DNA of 62,363 nucleotides, filler included, from Vannella sp. (GCA_023345925.1; 5 parts of 5 records of this genome joined end to end with filler, not necessarily neighbours in it), one strand, 5' to 3'. Counted from the whole stretch's first letter, positions 34,801 through 45,595 are shown. Numbers and translations: made by a program. The notes: generated from the letters alone by a model not told the origin.

Positions 34801-37800
34801 CGAATTGGAGAGAAGCCCAACAGCGCTCCATTGGCTTCAAGCGGAGAATGCAGGCTGCCAACGCATCAAATAAATCCTCCTTCCACTGTAGGAGATGATG
34901 AATTTGGGGCAGTTGCTTCAATAGACAGGGTAGCAACACTCTACTTAGAGACAATGATGGAGCTATCGGGTCTGTTGAGCGATTGACAGAACTTGTGGCA
35001 GAGACGAGCCCAGCAACTGCTTCCGTCAGCAGCAAGTGCGCTAAGTTCTCATTACAGTCCAACAAGTAGCTGATGATCTCAGTCAGGCTGTGAGACCTTC
35101 CAGTCTCTCCAAGCGCTATGATTCGAACAAGCTTACCCAGCTGCGCCAGGGCGACTCCGTATGCATTCTCTTCCGCAAACATTGCAATGTTGATGGAAGG
35201 CTCATCATCACTAGTCCTGGGCTTGCGGCTCAAAAGATTCTCTAATATGCTCAGCGCATAGTGAGATTGGAGGTTTTGGCTCACTTGAGCAAGAAGATGT
35301 TCACTTTGAGACTCGCTTTCCACACAAAAGAGACAGAGTTCGTGGAATTCAGTCTCTGATATATCTTCTTTTCCTTCCGGACTGCCGAGTTGTGTCTTGT
35401 ACAATTCTGTACCGTTAATAGTCAGCTTTTCAGCAGTAATTGTTTCGATTCCTGCCTCTGCCTCCTCTGAATCTTGTTTTGTTTCTTCTTGGGCTGCCCC
35501 AAGATAGAACCAATCAGAGAGTTGAGGAATAGCTTTCCCTCCATGAGATGGAGGGGGAGTCTGAGCATTCACGGATTCTCTGTCGCGCCCAACAACTGCT
35601 TTGTAGAGGAAAAGGCAGAGACGTTCCTTATGATGAAGCGAGAGATAATTCTTATAGAGTGGAGGAAGTGTGGCCATATGAAGCAGAGTTCTAAGCAAGC
35701 GAGATCCCTCTGAGGTCCGGAAGAGTGTCATCCAGTTCTCCAACTCATTGAGAAGCACCATTAATGCCTTCAAAAGTTGCAGTTGAATTTGAGTCTGTTG
35801 AAGGGGGGTCTTCTCGGAAACGGGTACAACAGAAGCCGCGAGAGCGCAGATTTCAGCTCGAGAGAGAACCATCTTGGAGGACTGGAAAGGCTCAGTGGGG
35901 ATTAATGTCAGAGATTTGATGGGATCGAAAGTGACCCGGCCAGAATCATAGCAGACTAGTGCGGCACTAGCGGAGGGATTGAAGGCTAAGATACAGCCCG
36001 CTCCTAAGGAATGGTGAATCACTCTTCCAGCTTGCCGGAACCCGTTTTCGACTCCTCCAATGATTAGTAAAGCTGCCATCATATTGGCCTGTGGAGTAGA
36101 ACTATCTAAAGGCGGCACAAATAGTGAGTGGTGGTCGGTTGTATCGAACAGGGCATAGGAAGTGGAAAAGCTTCGGCACTGAGTTGTCAGAAACTGATTA
36201 ATCGGGCGAATCCAATCGGTGCAATGCAACTGACGGAACAAGTGGATGAGTTCTTCGCAGAATGCTGCATGAACAGGAGCAGAGATACTCATGAACTGCT
36301 TCTCAGAAGGCTTGGAATCCAATGCTAAAGATTGGAGGCTTGGAATAGAGCAACCTTCTTCACAAATAGACACTCTGACGCGCGTAGTCCCACCATAGAA
36401 GAGAACCACAGGGTAGAATTTCCCACACTCCGATAAGATGTCCTCAAACGCAACGCCTAAACTGACACTGTTCTTGAAGAAAGTAACGGTCCCAAAGTCC
36501 ATGTCCACCTCCATTGCAACTCGATCATGGAGACCAAACCCTTCGTAAGAGACTGGTTGCTCACGCTGATGATAGAGCTTGCCATTGTATCCCCGAAGCA
36601 CCCATAAATCAGGGCTTGTCTCAAATGAGGACGACGAGAGTGGCTGTCGAGCAATTCCGATGCAAATGGTTTCGTCATCTTCAGCGTCGTGGTCGATTTT
36701 AAACTCCCAGCGATGGCGGCCCGCCGTGATTGGAATGCTGCCGAGAACATAACCAGGAGTATTGATTCGAGCGCCTTCAGTTTGAATGAAAGACAGACCA
36801 TCTTCGGCTACTATTGCTCCCTGAACTGCTTCCTTGTCAAAGGTTGAGGAGGAGCTGGCAGTTACTGGCAGAGCCACTTCATCCACTTGTGGTAGAATGG
36901 CGTTGACAGCTAAAGTCAACGTCAACTGTTGAAGAATTTCAGAGGAGGCTGCCCGATACTTCTTGATGTCCCAACTTGTCAAGAGAATTTCCAGGAGTCG
37001 AACCGCCATGATTCTGTCCCTCAGCGAGTTGCTTTGGATGATCAAGAGCAACAATTTCGTCCAAACAGGAGTGCAGAACATGTCAATGATCCGAGATCCA
37101 ATGCAAACGCGGCGAATCATGCAAAGTAGGTCTCCAACAACGCTATTTTCTGTTTTCTGGAAGTGACTTACAAGCTCAAAGAGGAAGCGATCCAGCTCTG
37201 CTAAGATTGGGCAGGGCAAATTGCTCGCTTCTTCTCCCATTGTTGCCATAAGACTCTGAAGCAGTCGCATTGTCCCTTCGTGCAGGGTACTTGGGAGGAA
37301 AGTTTCCACCTTTGGTTGAATAAGAACCATCCGGAAGACATTGAGAATACCATTCTCAACCAAAGCACCCAAATCAGTACCTTGGAAGGGGAATGAGAGA
37401 GCTTGCAACGTGCAATGCATGAACCACCTGGCAGTTTCGCCGTTTCGACTTTGATCTAATTCCTCTGTCTCTGTGATAGTTTGAGCACTTGACGACATCA
37501 AGCAAACCAAGTGAGTAAAGCTAGCATGCACAGCTTCTTGTACGTGATGCTGAGTGGTTGCAGTGCAAGCAGAAATATTATCCAAGTAGTGACAAGCCGC
37601 ACTGGGTCCTGCCCAAAGCTGGAAAACTCCTCGGAGGATTTGGCACCGGACAGAGTCTACCAGATTGCCTAAATTCAAGAGTCTAAGAGACAATTGTGTT
37701 CCCGCGAGACGGGCCTCTCCTCTTTGTTGCTGCTGAAGTAATCCTTGCTTCAGGCCGTGAAGGTCGAGAGTATCGTCAAGTGCAAACTCAATGATTGATT

Positions 37801-40800
37801 CCCGAAGGGAATTGGTGAGCCGATGCAATCGATGTTCTTTCTTAATCCAACTGAATCGGCGCATGGTGGACACAACTGCTGCGATCTCCTCTGTATCTCC
37901 CATTTGCCCCTTTCCGGAGAAACTCGATGATTTGCGAGGCGCTCGCGGCGGTGTCGAAGTGTAATCTATCTTAAAGTCGTCCTTAGGGCGGCTAGTAAAT
38001 AGATCTCCGGTCGACCTCCGCAGGGCGTCCTCAGGCAAAGCGGACTCGTTGAGAAGGCCATCAGCAATCTCTTCTGTAGGGGTGACTGCGGAGAGATCTT
38101 GCAGAAGGAACTGGCACCTGGAGATCACGCTTTCGCTTTGGGTCTGAAGTTTTGCGAGATCCTCCTCTCCATTGTTTGTAACTCGCTCGTAGATTCGGTC
38201 TCGGCCTCGATAGACACCTTGAATGAGAGAACCAAGCTTTGCCGTTGGAGCCTGAGGGCTATCAGCCAACGCATACATCTTTCCAGCAGCAATACAGCCA
38301 TGGTGCTTCAGCATAGTTGCTAAAATGTATCGCAGCGCTACCAAAAGGTGCTCTTCTTCATCATCTTTCCCCACCAACCAGAGTTTCTTTCGTGCATAAC
38401 TGGAAATCCTTCCCATCAACTCTCCGATCAATGGAGATGGCTTGGAAGCTATCAGGTCCTCCATAAAGTCGGATTGTGCAAGCCGGTAATTCGGTGGTGC
38501 CAAGCCTCCGCTGATTGCGATGTTTTGCAACCACACCTCGGAATCCAACTCAATTTTGCTTTTCGGAACGCCAGAGATATCTCTATGGCACGCATAGCCA
38601 AGAAGCATTCCGAGAGTTCGTACAACATCCAAGACCATGCAACAAGGGTCTACCGATGAATCATTTGGAGCACTCTCCCATAGAAGATCTTCTTTTTCGC
38701 TCAAATTAAACTGAGGAAGGAGCAAAGCCAATTGATTCATGAGCAACAGGATCTCCTGTAGCACTTCAAAGTTTGGGATTACAACTTCCTCCACCAAGCA
38801 GAATCCAAAATGCAGTAATTGGGCAAAGATGGAAGAGATTACGCCTGAACACTTCAAGAGAACATCCACCTGAACATGGCTCTCTTCAGGATGGCCCTCC
38901 CTTTGATAATTCAAAGCTTCTGTTGTGATCCGTCTGACAGATAACAGAATATCTTTAAAGTAATCTATCGCAACCCGGCGTAACTGGAGAGTCTCAACTG
39001 GGCTCATCATTGCTGCGCAGAGATACTTTTGAAGATAACAAACCAAAGGTGTGCAGCTTAAACTGATAGTTTTCGCATTACTCTCACTAGCTTTCTTAAG
39101 CACATTCATGTTCTCACTTTCAATCAATTGCAGAAGTGTTGTGACGAGCAAAGAAAGGTCAAAACTGGATTTTGGTGATGAGTTCAATAAACCGAGATAA
39201 GAAGCCGCTTCCAAATCTTTTGTTAGACCTGTAATGACTAGATCCAATAAGAAGCATTGAGGATGCTGTCGCTTCTTGTCTTCCAAGATAAACGGCAGTA
39301 TTCGCTGCAATAGCCGGACACGGGACTCAACAGAGGGCAGAAGAACCTCCCATCCTGCTTGGATTGTCTCTCGAGCTTCGTCAGAAAGCCCCGAAATGTT
39401 ACTTTCTAACATATGCAAGAGCGTGGTTAAGAAGAATGTTGCTAATTCTCCTCCAGGTTCCAAGCCAACTTGATCTGCCATCATTCTGGTTGAAGCAACA
39501 TGGAAAAGATTTACCCGAAGCAACCTTAGGCAGCAAGTAAGGTAAAATTGATGCTCTTCTCCACTTTTGAGGAGTTCAGAAGTGGGATAATGATCAATCA
39601 GAGCAAACTTGATAGCCCTGAAGTTCTCTGCATCCAATTCTACTACAAACGGTGTCTCTCGAATCACAAAGTCGGTTACAGTCGGCTGACGGCTTCTGGT
39701 CCATGCAGCACTGTGGCCAGAACCAGCAGCAATCTGTCGAATATCACAGCCTTCCAATTGTTTGATTTCCTTTGGTGGGAAAACCTCTTGAAGATTAGGG
39801 ATACCACACTGCCCGGCCGCATTACACCCCCAAGCAAATATGCGACCATCAATACTTCGAGCTAAGACATGTCCGCTGGCGGTTGCAATAAAACTGATTG
39901 AGACTCCTTCAAGCTCTCCAAGAAGAACGCTGGGCCTCCACCAAGTTGAGATGGAATTGTCACTTCCAAAAGTAGTTCCCCAATGCCAAACTTTGCCGTT
40001 GGAGAGGAGGGCTGTGCCGTAACAGTTACCGGCTCCAACTTGCACTACAGAGCAGGAGTTTAGCTCCGGGATGGGAATAGGCGAGGAGGTGATGAGTATG
40101 TCAGGACCAAGTCCCAATCGTCCACGTCTTCCTTCCCCCCAAGCCCAGGTGCATTGAGCAGAAGAGGAAGTAGCAATGCAGTGAGTATCCCCACATGCCA
40201 CGTCGGTAATGAGAAACTGTTGGAGGGACTTGACCAAACAAGGAACAGACACCGCTGAAATCACCTCATCTCCTAATCCTAAGCGACCTGATTCGTGAAG
40301 GCCAAAAGTATAAAGGCGACCTTCTTCGCTTATAACTGCAGTGTGCTTTGGTCCACAAGATGCCTTGGACACAGGAATGTGCTCAAAAAAGTTAATGAGA
40401 GCGGGAATGGCGCACTGTTCAGTATCGTTATGCCCCAGTTTGCCCCAGTCTCCGTCACCCCAAGACCACAAGCGGCTCTTTTCATCTAATGCCAGTCCGT
40501 GACCGAAGGAGCTTGAAGAAAGGAAAATGCGAGTGATACGCACTTCCTCTTTAAAATCAAGCTCAATGAGTTCGCTTGTATCTCCGGAAATGCCCGTGCC
40601 GAGTCGGCCGTACTCGCCCTTTCCACAAGACCACACAACGCCATCCTCGTCCAGAATGGCAGTCATAGAAGAACCTAAGGCTATCTGAACCGGTGATAAT
40701 TGCTCAAACTGGATCGATTTTGTTGGTCCTGACTTGGCTTTTTCTTCCACAAGAGCTCCAATCTCTCCGTTACCGTTATGACCCCAAAGAAATACTTGGA

Positions 40801-41824
40801 GAGGAGAGCTTGCAGAATTGCTCTCAACATCTTTTGGGAGAAAGAAGGGGGTCAGCTCAAAGAGTGATCCTACAACTAAGAGAGCAAGTTGCTTGGGGGT
40901 GGCTAAGCCACAAGTCACTTGAGATTGCAGGTTCTTCATAAAGGTGGATGCAAATCGTTCAATCTCTTTCTGAGGGCTCTCAATCTGATCCCCTGTGCGA
41001 TGATATCGCTTCATGCTATCTAACAGAGAGAATAACACTCCATAAGGCACAGAAAGGGAAGAAGGCAGTGAAAAAAGCCATTTGACGAGCCTCCATGCTC
41101 CACTTAGATTTCCCTGGTGAGAGGTAAAGGACACTAAGAGGGACAACGCTGAGATCTTGTCTGGTTGAGACGCTCGGCTTTCTGCTGAAGCAACTTGCTG
41201 CAAGAACCGCTCTATCGATCTCAAAGTGTCTCGTGTGAGCGGATTCATGTTCATGTCGTACATGGACAACATTGGCAGCTGGCCAAGTACTTCAGAGACA
41301 TTCTGGAGGAACTCTCGGCAAATGTCAGCATCCACTCCATCGTCCAGCTCCCAGCACTCGCGCAAGAGCACAAAGATCAAACGCACCCCCGTCCTAACGG
41401 ACAGATCGAGAATGGGGGATGCTCCTGTGGCAGTCTTGGGTGTTGCGTTAGGTGTCTGCTGCTTCTTCTTTGGCTCTGGAGAGGTTGCAAAGGCAAGGGC
41501 CAGGAGAACTCGCTTGACCAAGGTGACTCTTTGTTGGAGAAGTCCAGAGAACGGAGTTCTCTTCAGTAAGCTGCGTCTTTGCAGCTCAAGAGTAGATTTG
41601 AGGTACGCTTTTAACTGCTGCACTGATGGAGGATCGAAGCCGTAGCCACAAGGAGAAGATGAAGGAGGGATGGGGCTGATTGCGTCTGGCTCGAAGAGCA
41701 GCTCCCCGCCACGCTTCAGTTTGTTATAGAGCTCTATTGTAGACTTCCACAGCACATCGTCGAGGTCTGTTTGGCTCCAGCGACAGTGTGAGTCGTCCTT
41801 GAGGAGGAAGCCGACCTCTTTCAT
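31814..41824 (-). CDS. HERC1: Large HERC-family HECT E3 ligase (RCC1-like x2, SPRY, HECT), single ~10-kb ORF
   Basis: Two RCC1 repeat blocks (WSWGDGDWGKLGH, WSWGDGDHGKLGH); SPRY (GRHRWEFKI...DMDFGTVTFFKN); HECT GEGAEDAGGPY...LPTAQTCFF; N-terminus resembles HERC1 (LYNKL...RV..LAL, TGVRLIFVLLRECW). Confidence 0.85.
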   Translation of the reverse strand: MKEVGFLLKDDSHCRWSQTDLDDVLWKSTIELYNKLKRGGELLFEPDAISPIPPSSSPCGYGFDPPSVQQLKAYLKSTLELQRRSLLKRTPFSGLLQQRVTLVKRVLLALAFATSPEPKKKQQTPNATPKTATGASPILDLSVRTGVRLIFVLLRECWELDDGVDADICREFLQNVSEVLGQLPMLSMYDMNMNPLTRDTLRSIERFLQQVASAESRASQPDKISALSLLVSFTSHQGNLSGAWRLVKWLFSLPSSLSVPYGVLFSLLDSMKRYHRTGDQIESPQKEIERFASTFMKNLQSQVTCGLATPKQLALLVVGSLFELTPFFLPKDVESNSASSPLQVFLWGHNGNGEIGALVEEKAKSGPTKSIQFEQLSPVQIALGSSMTAILDEDGVVWSCGKGEYGRLGTGISGDTSELIELDFKEEVRITRIFLSSSSFGHGLALDEKSRLWSWGDGDWGKLGHNDTEQCAIPALINFFEHIPVSKASCGPKHTAVISEEGRLYTFGLHESGRLGLGDEVISAVSVPCLVKSLQQFLITDVACGDTHCIATSSSAQCTWAWGEGRRGRLGLGPDILITSSPIPIPELNSCSVVQVGAGNCYGTALLSNGKVWHWGTTFGSDNSISTWWRPSVLLGELEGVSISFIATASGHVLARSIDGRIFAWGCNAAGQCGIPNLQEVFPPKEIKQLEGCDIRQIAAGSGHSAAWTRSRQPTVTDFVIRETPFVVELDAENFRAIKFALIDHYPTSELLKSGEEHQFYLTCCLRLLRVNLFHVASTRMMADQVGLEPGGELATFFLTTLLHMLESNISGLSDEARETIQAGWEVLLPSVESRVRLLQRILPFILEDKKRQHPQCFLLDLVITGLTKDLEAASYLGLLNSSPKSSFDLSLLVTTLLQLIESENMNVLKKASESNAKTISLSCTPLVCYLQKYLCAAMMSPVETLQLRRVAIDYFKDILLSVRRITTEALNYQREGHPEESHVQVDVLLKCSGVISSIFAQLLHFGFCLVEEVVIPNFEVLQEILLLMNQLALLLPQFNLSEKEDLLWESAPNDSSVDPCCMVLDVVRTLGMLLGYACHRDISGVPKSKIELDSEVWLQNIAISGGLAPPNYRLAQSDFMEDLIASKPSPLIGELMGRISSYARKKLWLVGKDDEEEHLLVALRYILATMLKHHGCIAAGKMYALADSPQAPTAKLGSLIQGVYRGRDRIYERVTNNGEEDLAKLQTQSESVISRCQFLLQDLSAVTPTEEIADGLLNESALPEDALRRSTGDLFTSRPKDDFKIDYTSTPPRAPRKSSSFSGKGQMGDTEEIAAVVSTMRRFSWIKKEHRLHRLTNSLRESIIEFALDDTLDLHGLKQGLLQQQQRGEARLAGTQLSLRLLNLGNLVDSVRCQILRGVFQLWAGPSAACHYLDNISACTATTQHHVQEAVHASFTHLVCLMSSSAQTITETEELDQSRNGETARWFMHCTLQALSFPFQGTDLGALVENGILNVFRMVLIQPKVETFLPSTLHEGTMRLLQSLMATMGEEASNLPCPILAELDRFLFELVSHFQKTENSVVGDLLCMIRRVCIGSRIIDMFCTPVWTKLLLLIIQSNSLRDRIMAVRLLEILLTSWDIKKYRAASSEILQQLTLTLAVNAILPQVDEVALPVTASSSSTFDKEAVQGAIVAEDGLSFIQTEGARINTPGYVLGSIPITAGRHRWEFKIDHDAEDDETICIGIARQPLSSSSFETSPDLWVLRGYNGKLYHQREQPVSYEGFGLHDRVAMEVDMDFGTVTFFKNSVSLGVAFEDILSECGKFYPVVLFYGGTTRVRVSICEEGCSIPSLQSLALDSKPSEKQFMSISAPVHAAFCEELIHLFRQLHCTDWIRPINQFLTTQCRSFSTSYALFDTTDHHSLFVPPLDSSTPQANMMAALLIIGGVENGFRQAGRVIHHSLGAGCILAFNPSASAALVCYDSGRVTFDPIKSLTLIPTEPFQSSKMVLSRAEICALAASVVPVSEKTPLQQTQIQLQLLKALMVLLNELENWMTLFRTSEGSRLLRTLLHMATLPPLYKNYLSLHHKERLCLFLYKAVVGRDRESVNAQTPPPSHGGKAIPQLSDWFYLGAAQEETKQDSEEAEAGIETITAEKLTINGTELYKTQLGSPEGKEDISETEFHELCLFCVESESQSEHLLAQVSQNLQSHYALSILENLLSRKPRTSDDEPSINIAMFAEENAYGVALAQLGKLVRIIALGETGRSHSLTEIISYLLDCNENLAHLLLTEAVAGLVSATSSVNRSTDPIAPSLSLSRVLLPCLLKQLPQIHHLLQWKEDLFDALAACILRLKPMERCWASLQFASFALRAANSSQSAAWKQGEANWGVHMSAFIQILPTLASKQHRLEKERSNERIFFSAYLQSLAILNYLFIPVSCSNNGELAAFGLTVDIVRAMADRQTLPDDFLSATAAIAPSLELGEAIAFPFYDNTCWTMEMDEQLTLWRTNQPNDWKEAVEVFGCGSNSYSQLTLSEDFEVVPASINAMTQHRPAQLCGGINCTFIRTQDGSLLAIGKGDNMRLGLGCSDNEYTLKPLRSLQGTVIQFITASRVGTLGHALAVDSLGKVWSWGDGDHGKLGHGDSDNQKRPKLIESLKDKVITFVSCGPTHSAAITEDGRLYTWGAHLRNGHGSSQDAIYPSLLDIQGSQIGYIACGTTHSVACSKDGESVWSWGSGKDGLLGLGNTASFPTPQSLMTLQGVGITKIELTEYSSIALSSSGKLYSWGNGSQGTLGHGSTKHRHQPAIIEALSALKVIDIACGQSHVIAVAQPLPFEELGATEVYGWGNCDHGRIGIDPKNADYFLSPCRVDKLSNKGIQQVAAGLDHTLFWTMKRSSCSLVCPSQVPAQYNTLYQVPPFSLFLRLHLLRRFSDAVYQSLPLFNVDPERSLANGLENLRSLLHSSGKIALLRSWISQTEQEREIGPTIVLNRFAAKDKRQTPLFIQAAKQLPDTTILRASKRAWKAQFTGEGAEDAGGPYNESIAEMCEELLCNDPQSPAALFGLTPNGQNKEGDFQDLYVLRKSRPEANNLNFYRFLGVLMAVAIRTKSPLRLFLAPLFWKRLLQINITEEDLMSVDKSFVSTHHYILNIDKYGINDEESFELLPLEAFLPLQTGANQELPLTFANRKEYVEKAFELQMDSCALEFAAIRKGMENLLPVSLLSLFTASELELLVCGSAEINWEPLRANTAYRGAFTVDSKQIIWLWEELEAMSPDDRSHFLRFVWGHTRLPSDPSDIRQQFLVQSGSNSPADEYLPTAQTCFFKLVLPTYSSRQILSEKLLYAIRFCRVIDTDDYARQGNIE

Positions 41825-42004
41825 CAACCAGGCAGTAAATGACCCAATTACATCTTTGAATGAACCCCAACCTAAACGCTTCAGTCTTGAGTGGCAACCA
41901 CATCCCTTCCGCGTGTATCTAAACCCTAAACCCTAAGTAATGGGACGGTTGGGGACAGTTGAGATACATGGGTGACTATAAGACAGCAACAAGAAGGAAA
42001 GGGC

Positions 42005-43293
42005 TCAGTGACGAGCAGCAAGCTCTTGGCGAAGAACTTCGACAATTTCGTTGCGAGCGCTCTCCAGCTCTTGGCGGAAGAGCTCCAGGAGGTCTTCTTT
42101 GAGCTTGTTGAGTTCCTTGTTACCCAACTTGACGTGCTTGATCGGCTCACGAGGCTCACTGGGCACAGAAGGTGATGGAACTGCTTGTGCTGGAGAAGGG
42201 GCGGGAGCAGGGGCTGCAGGGGTAGTAGCGGGGGTGGCTACAGGGGCAGCTGTGGGAGTAACATCCCGTGTCACTTCTTGTGGTTGTACCACTGCAGCAG
42301 GGGCTACTGCAGCCTCAACCGGAACTGTGGGTGCAACAGAGGCCACCTCTGCCACGGGTGAAACAACAGCTTCACTAGGTGTAGTGGAAGGCTCTGCAGA
42401 AGCTGTTGCCACGGCCACAGGCTCAGGCTGTGCTTCAGCCTCCACTTTAGGGGCTCGGGTGATGACAGGCTTCGCAGTAGTGATAGTGGGGAGAGGTTTC
42501 TTCGCTGTGGTAGGACCAGACATCTTCTTTGGAGCCGGACCTGTCGGTTTCTTTGGCAAGGCAAGCTTCCTAGGACCCCCAGCAGCAGGAGCCACCACCG
42601 CTTTTGGCTGAGGGACCTCCTTCGCAGGCTCAGGAGCAGAGACTACTTCAACTACTGGCTCTGGGACTGGCTCAGGAGCAGCTGGAGGCGTGGGCTCGGG
42701 AACGGGCTCAACAACCTCAGGCTCAGGCTCAGGTTCAGCAGGAAGCTGGTCTGGGGGTGCTTGTATCTCTACTACTGCGGATTCATCTAAAGGATGCATT
42801 ATAATTGGCTACAATCGCTCAAATGTGCAAGAGAGAACACTTACGCTCGATGAGAGAGTTGATGCAGTTCTGCATCGTATCAGCAAAGGCGTTAGCATCT
42901 GCAAGAGAAGCAAAGTTCAATCCATAAAGAAATGCGCTGTCGTTCCAGTTGTGGAAGGTCTCCGAAGGCTTCTGGTAAGGGAGTTCTTTGTAAACCGGCG
43001 AGTTGATGACAACCTACGCCGCCAAGAGTGAGTGCGACCGAGCAAACATCAAACCACTGGAGTGTAGAGAAACTCACCTTTGCATCCGCTTGGGAAATGC
43101 CTACAACCCGGTAGGAGAAGTTGGCAGGATCAAAGTAAATGTAAACCTGAGAGATTCCCATGTCTGCTGGTTGCCAAGAGGTCGTGTCTTGATCAAAGTA
43201 GTAAACAGCCGCCTTGGCCATGCACATTGCTGTCTCCCTGACCCCTCATTAGCCACACCCTGCTGCACACAACCGGAAGTCGTACTCTGCCAT
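42005..43293 (-). CDS. Ena/VASP-like protein (EVH1 - Pro/Ala-rich linker - tetramerisation helix), multi-exon with 8-nt first coding exon
   Basis: ATGGCAGA|intron 43238-43285|MAEETAMCMAKAAVYYFD...SW...YRVVG...FHNW...YGLNF; C-terminal ELNKLKEDLLELFRQELESARNEIVEVLRQEL. Confidence 0.82.
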
Positions 43294-43667
43294 TGTTCCC
43301 CCAACAAATGACTCATTCAATTACCTTCTGTGGTTATCTGTCCAAACGATGCGGCCATCATGCATTGAAGAAAACCGAATCAAAGCCTATTCCTGTGATG
43401 GAGGCCATCTGGACCAACGAACCCTTCTTGCCTTCCCCTTCCTTTGGCTCTTCGATTACCTGAGGTTGCCAGGAAAGCACTTTCCTAGATCGTAAACCTC
43501 TTCTTTCTGCTGTGTGGCTTCCAGTGGAGGATTTGGTTCACGTTTCTGTCCCACACAAACCGCCAGGGCCTGAAGAAGGGAACACTAATATCATATTCTG
43601 GCCGAGCTTCTGGATCTGGCTGATGGGAACTGGACAAGATAGTGTTGAATGCACTGGTCAGGTTGTT

Positions 43668-44612
43668 CTACTCTGTGCCATCTGCGTGCTCTGGTGTCTT
43701 TGGTAATACAGAATACATCTGATTGGAGCCAGTACAGCAGAGGAATGCCCTCCATTTACGATACCAAGGTACTGGATGGATCCCTGTCAGAAGCGTTCAT
43801 CCGAAACGGGAGAATCTCCGCTCACCCATCTTCTTATACTCCACAAGAATGCAAGCAATGTCCTCGTGAGACTCCAGACGTGCGATATCCAGTGAACTTC
43901 GCCCGATCATGTCAACTTCGATCACTGCAATACCCTCCCAGTCAGCGCAAAGTGTCTCCTGAACGAAGATCACTTGCCATTGGCTCCATGCTGAAGGAGG
44001 AAGTCCACACAATCAGTGTACCCTTTGCCTGTTGCCACGTGCAAAGGGGTCTGCAGCATTTGGTGAGGTCACGGGTACGTCATAAGAAGTAACTTGCCTG
44101 TCCAGAGTATGTTGAGCGTTGATTGACGTTGCAACCGTACTCCACCAACAACTTCATGCAATCCAGCCGCCCCCTTCTCTCTGTTTGAGAAGCTGGTCTC
44201 TGCTGGAAGAGCAAACTTACCATGAAGCAGCGTAATGAAGTGCTGTACTACCGTTAGAAGTAGTGGCGCGTGCGTCAGCTCCTTTCTCAAGGAGCAGCCG
44301 AACACAATCTGCGTGTCCATTCAACGACGCGCAGTGGATGGGAGTCCAGCCAGTAGGATCCTTTGCATCGAGATCAATACGAGGCTTTTGTTTGTCCCCC
44401 AGTGTAATCAGCAGCTCAGCACACTCAAAGTTGCCCTTCAGACACGCAGTATGCAAGGGCGTGTATCCCTCCTTGTTCTTGCTGTTGATAAGAGCTGGCT
44501 TCTTCTTCAAGACAGCTATGACATCCTCCTCACAGCTCCCATCCACCACCTGATGAATCGACAGGCGCCTCACCACGGAGGGCGAGTCCACGACGATTGC
44601 CGGGTCGTTCAT
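43668..44612 (-). CDS. Small ankyrin-repeat protein, five exons
   Basis: GYTPLHTAC, GWTPIHCAS, GSTALHYAA, GQ|TPLHVAT, GRSSLDIA; needs two GC-AG introns (44051-44097, 43925-43977); ends WRAFLCC...DGTE*. Confidence 0.8.
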
Positions 44613-44677
44613 GGCTCTGAGTGAAGGGAAAATGGCAGCGGAGAAGGTGAGAACATGTTTTGGGGGCATTGGGGAGG

Positions 44678-45363
44678 ATGTGGGTGATAGGGGCGGTGGC
44701 GCTCGTGTTGGCGCTCTTGCGGGTGTTCTGGATCGTTCCAGGATGGAGGCGCTCTCCGTTTAGGGTGTCCAAAGGGAAGCCAGTTAAGAGCTTCATCATA
44801 CTAGGCTCGGGGGGACACACAGCAGAGATGCTACGGCTCGTACGGGGAATGGATCCGGCGCTGTACTCGCCCCGCGTGTATGTGAAAGCGAGCACGGATA
44901 CCATCTCTGCCGATCACTGTCGGCGCTTTGAAGCACTTCTGGGAGGCGAAGAGGGGCGGACGTTCTCCATCGTGGACATCCCACGAGCCCGCCAAGTGGG
45001 TCAACCTTACTGGTCCTCCATCGGGACCACTCTCATCGCCTTTCGCTTCTGTTTGAGTCTACTTTGGAGAGAATCCCCCGACCTTGTACGTCAGACTACT
45101 CGAAGTTCTCTCCCATTGACAAACGCACTTAGATTCTTTGCAACGGGCCTGGCACTTGCGTTCCTATCTGCGGAGCGTCTTATCTGCCCCGTTTCTTTGG
45201 TAGAAAGAGTGAGATTGTCTATGTGGAGAGTATTTGCAGGGTTCGGCGACTCTCTCTCTCCGCCAGACTGCTATATCCTTTCGTAGATAAGCTCTATGTT
45301 CAATGGGAAGGCCTTTCTCTACTGTATCCCAAGGCAGAGTATCTCGGTCTCCTCTCCTTTTGA
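44678..45363 (+). CDS. ALG14: UDP-GlcNAc transferase subunit ALG14, two exons
   Basis: N-terminal TM; LGSGGHTAEM; IPRARQVGQ; PDL|ILCNGPGTCVP; VYVESICRV; VQW. Confidence 0.95.
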
Positions 45364-45595
45364 TTCTGCGACCTTCAAGTCAGTTTTCAAGGCGGCTCTG
45401 CTTCGCCAGTATCAACACGAAAACCACATAGGGCCTGGCCTGTGCACTCTCTATCTGCTGAAATCTCTTTTGCAAGTTGTCTGGAAAACTTCCTATAAAT
45501 ACGATACACGCCAGCAGCCGCCAAAGCTTCACAAGGTAGTGCTGGCACTCGCTGAAAAGTGGAAGAGGGAGGAGAAGACGAGAGTTCACGGAACC

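Noticed and set aside
42051..42611. Long antisense/alternate-frame ORFs (also 1031-1582, 25709-26389, 26810-27340, 59288-59902)
   Set aside because: Shadows of well-supported genes on the other strand or frame; no motifs of their own
42005..44612. Possible ankyrin-EVH1/VASP fusion gene
   Set aside because: The spliced ankyrin frame stops at 43668, and the VASP-like gene has its own ATG (43293) and TCATT motif
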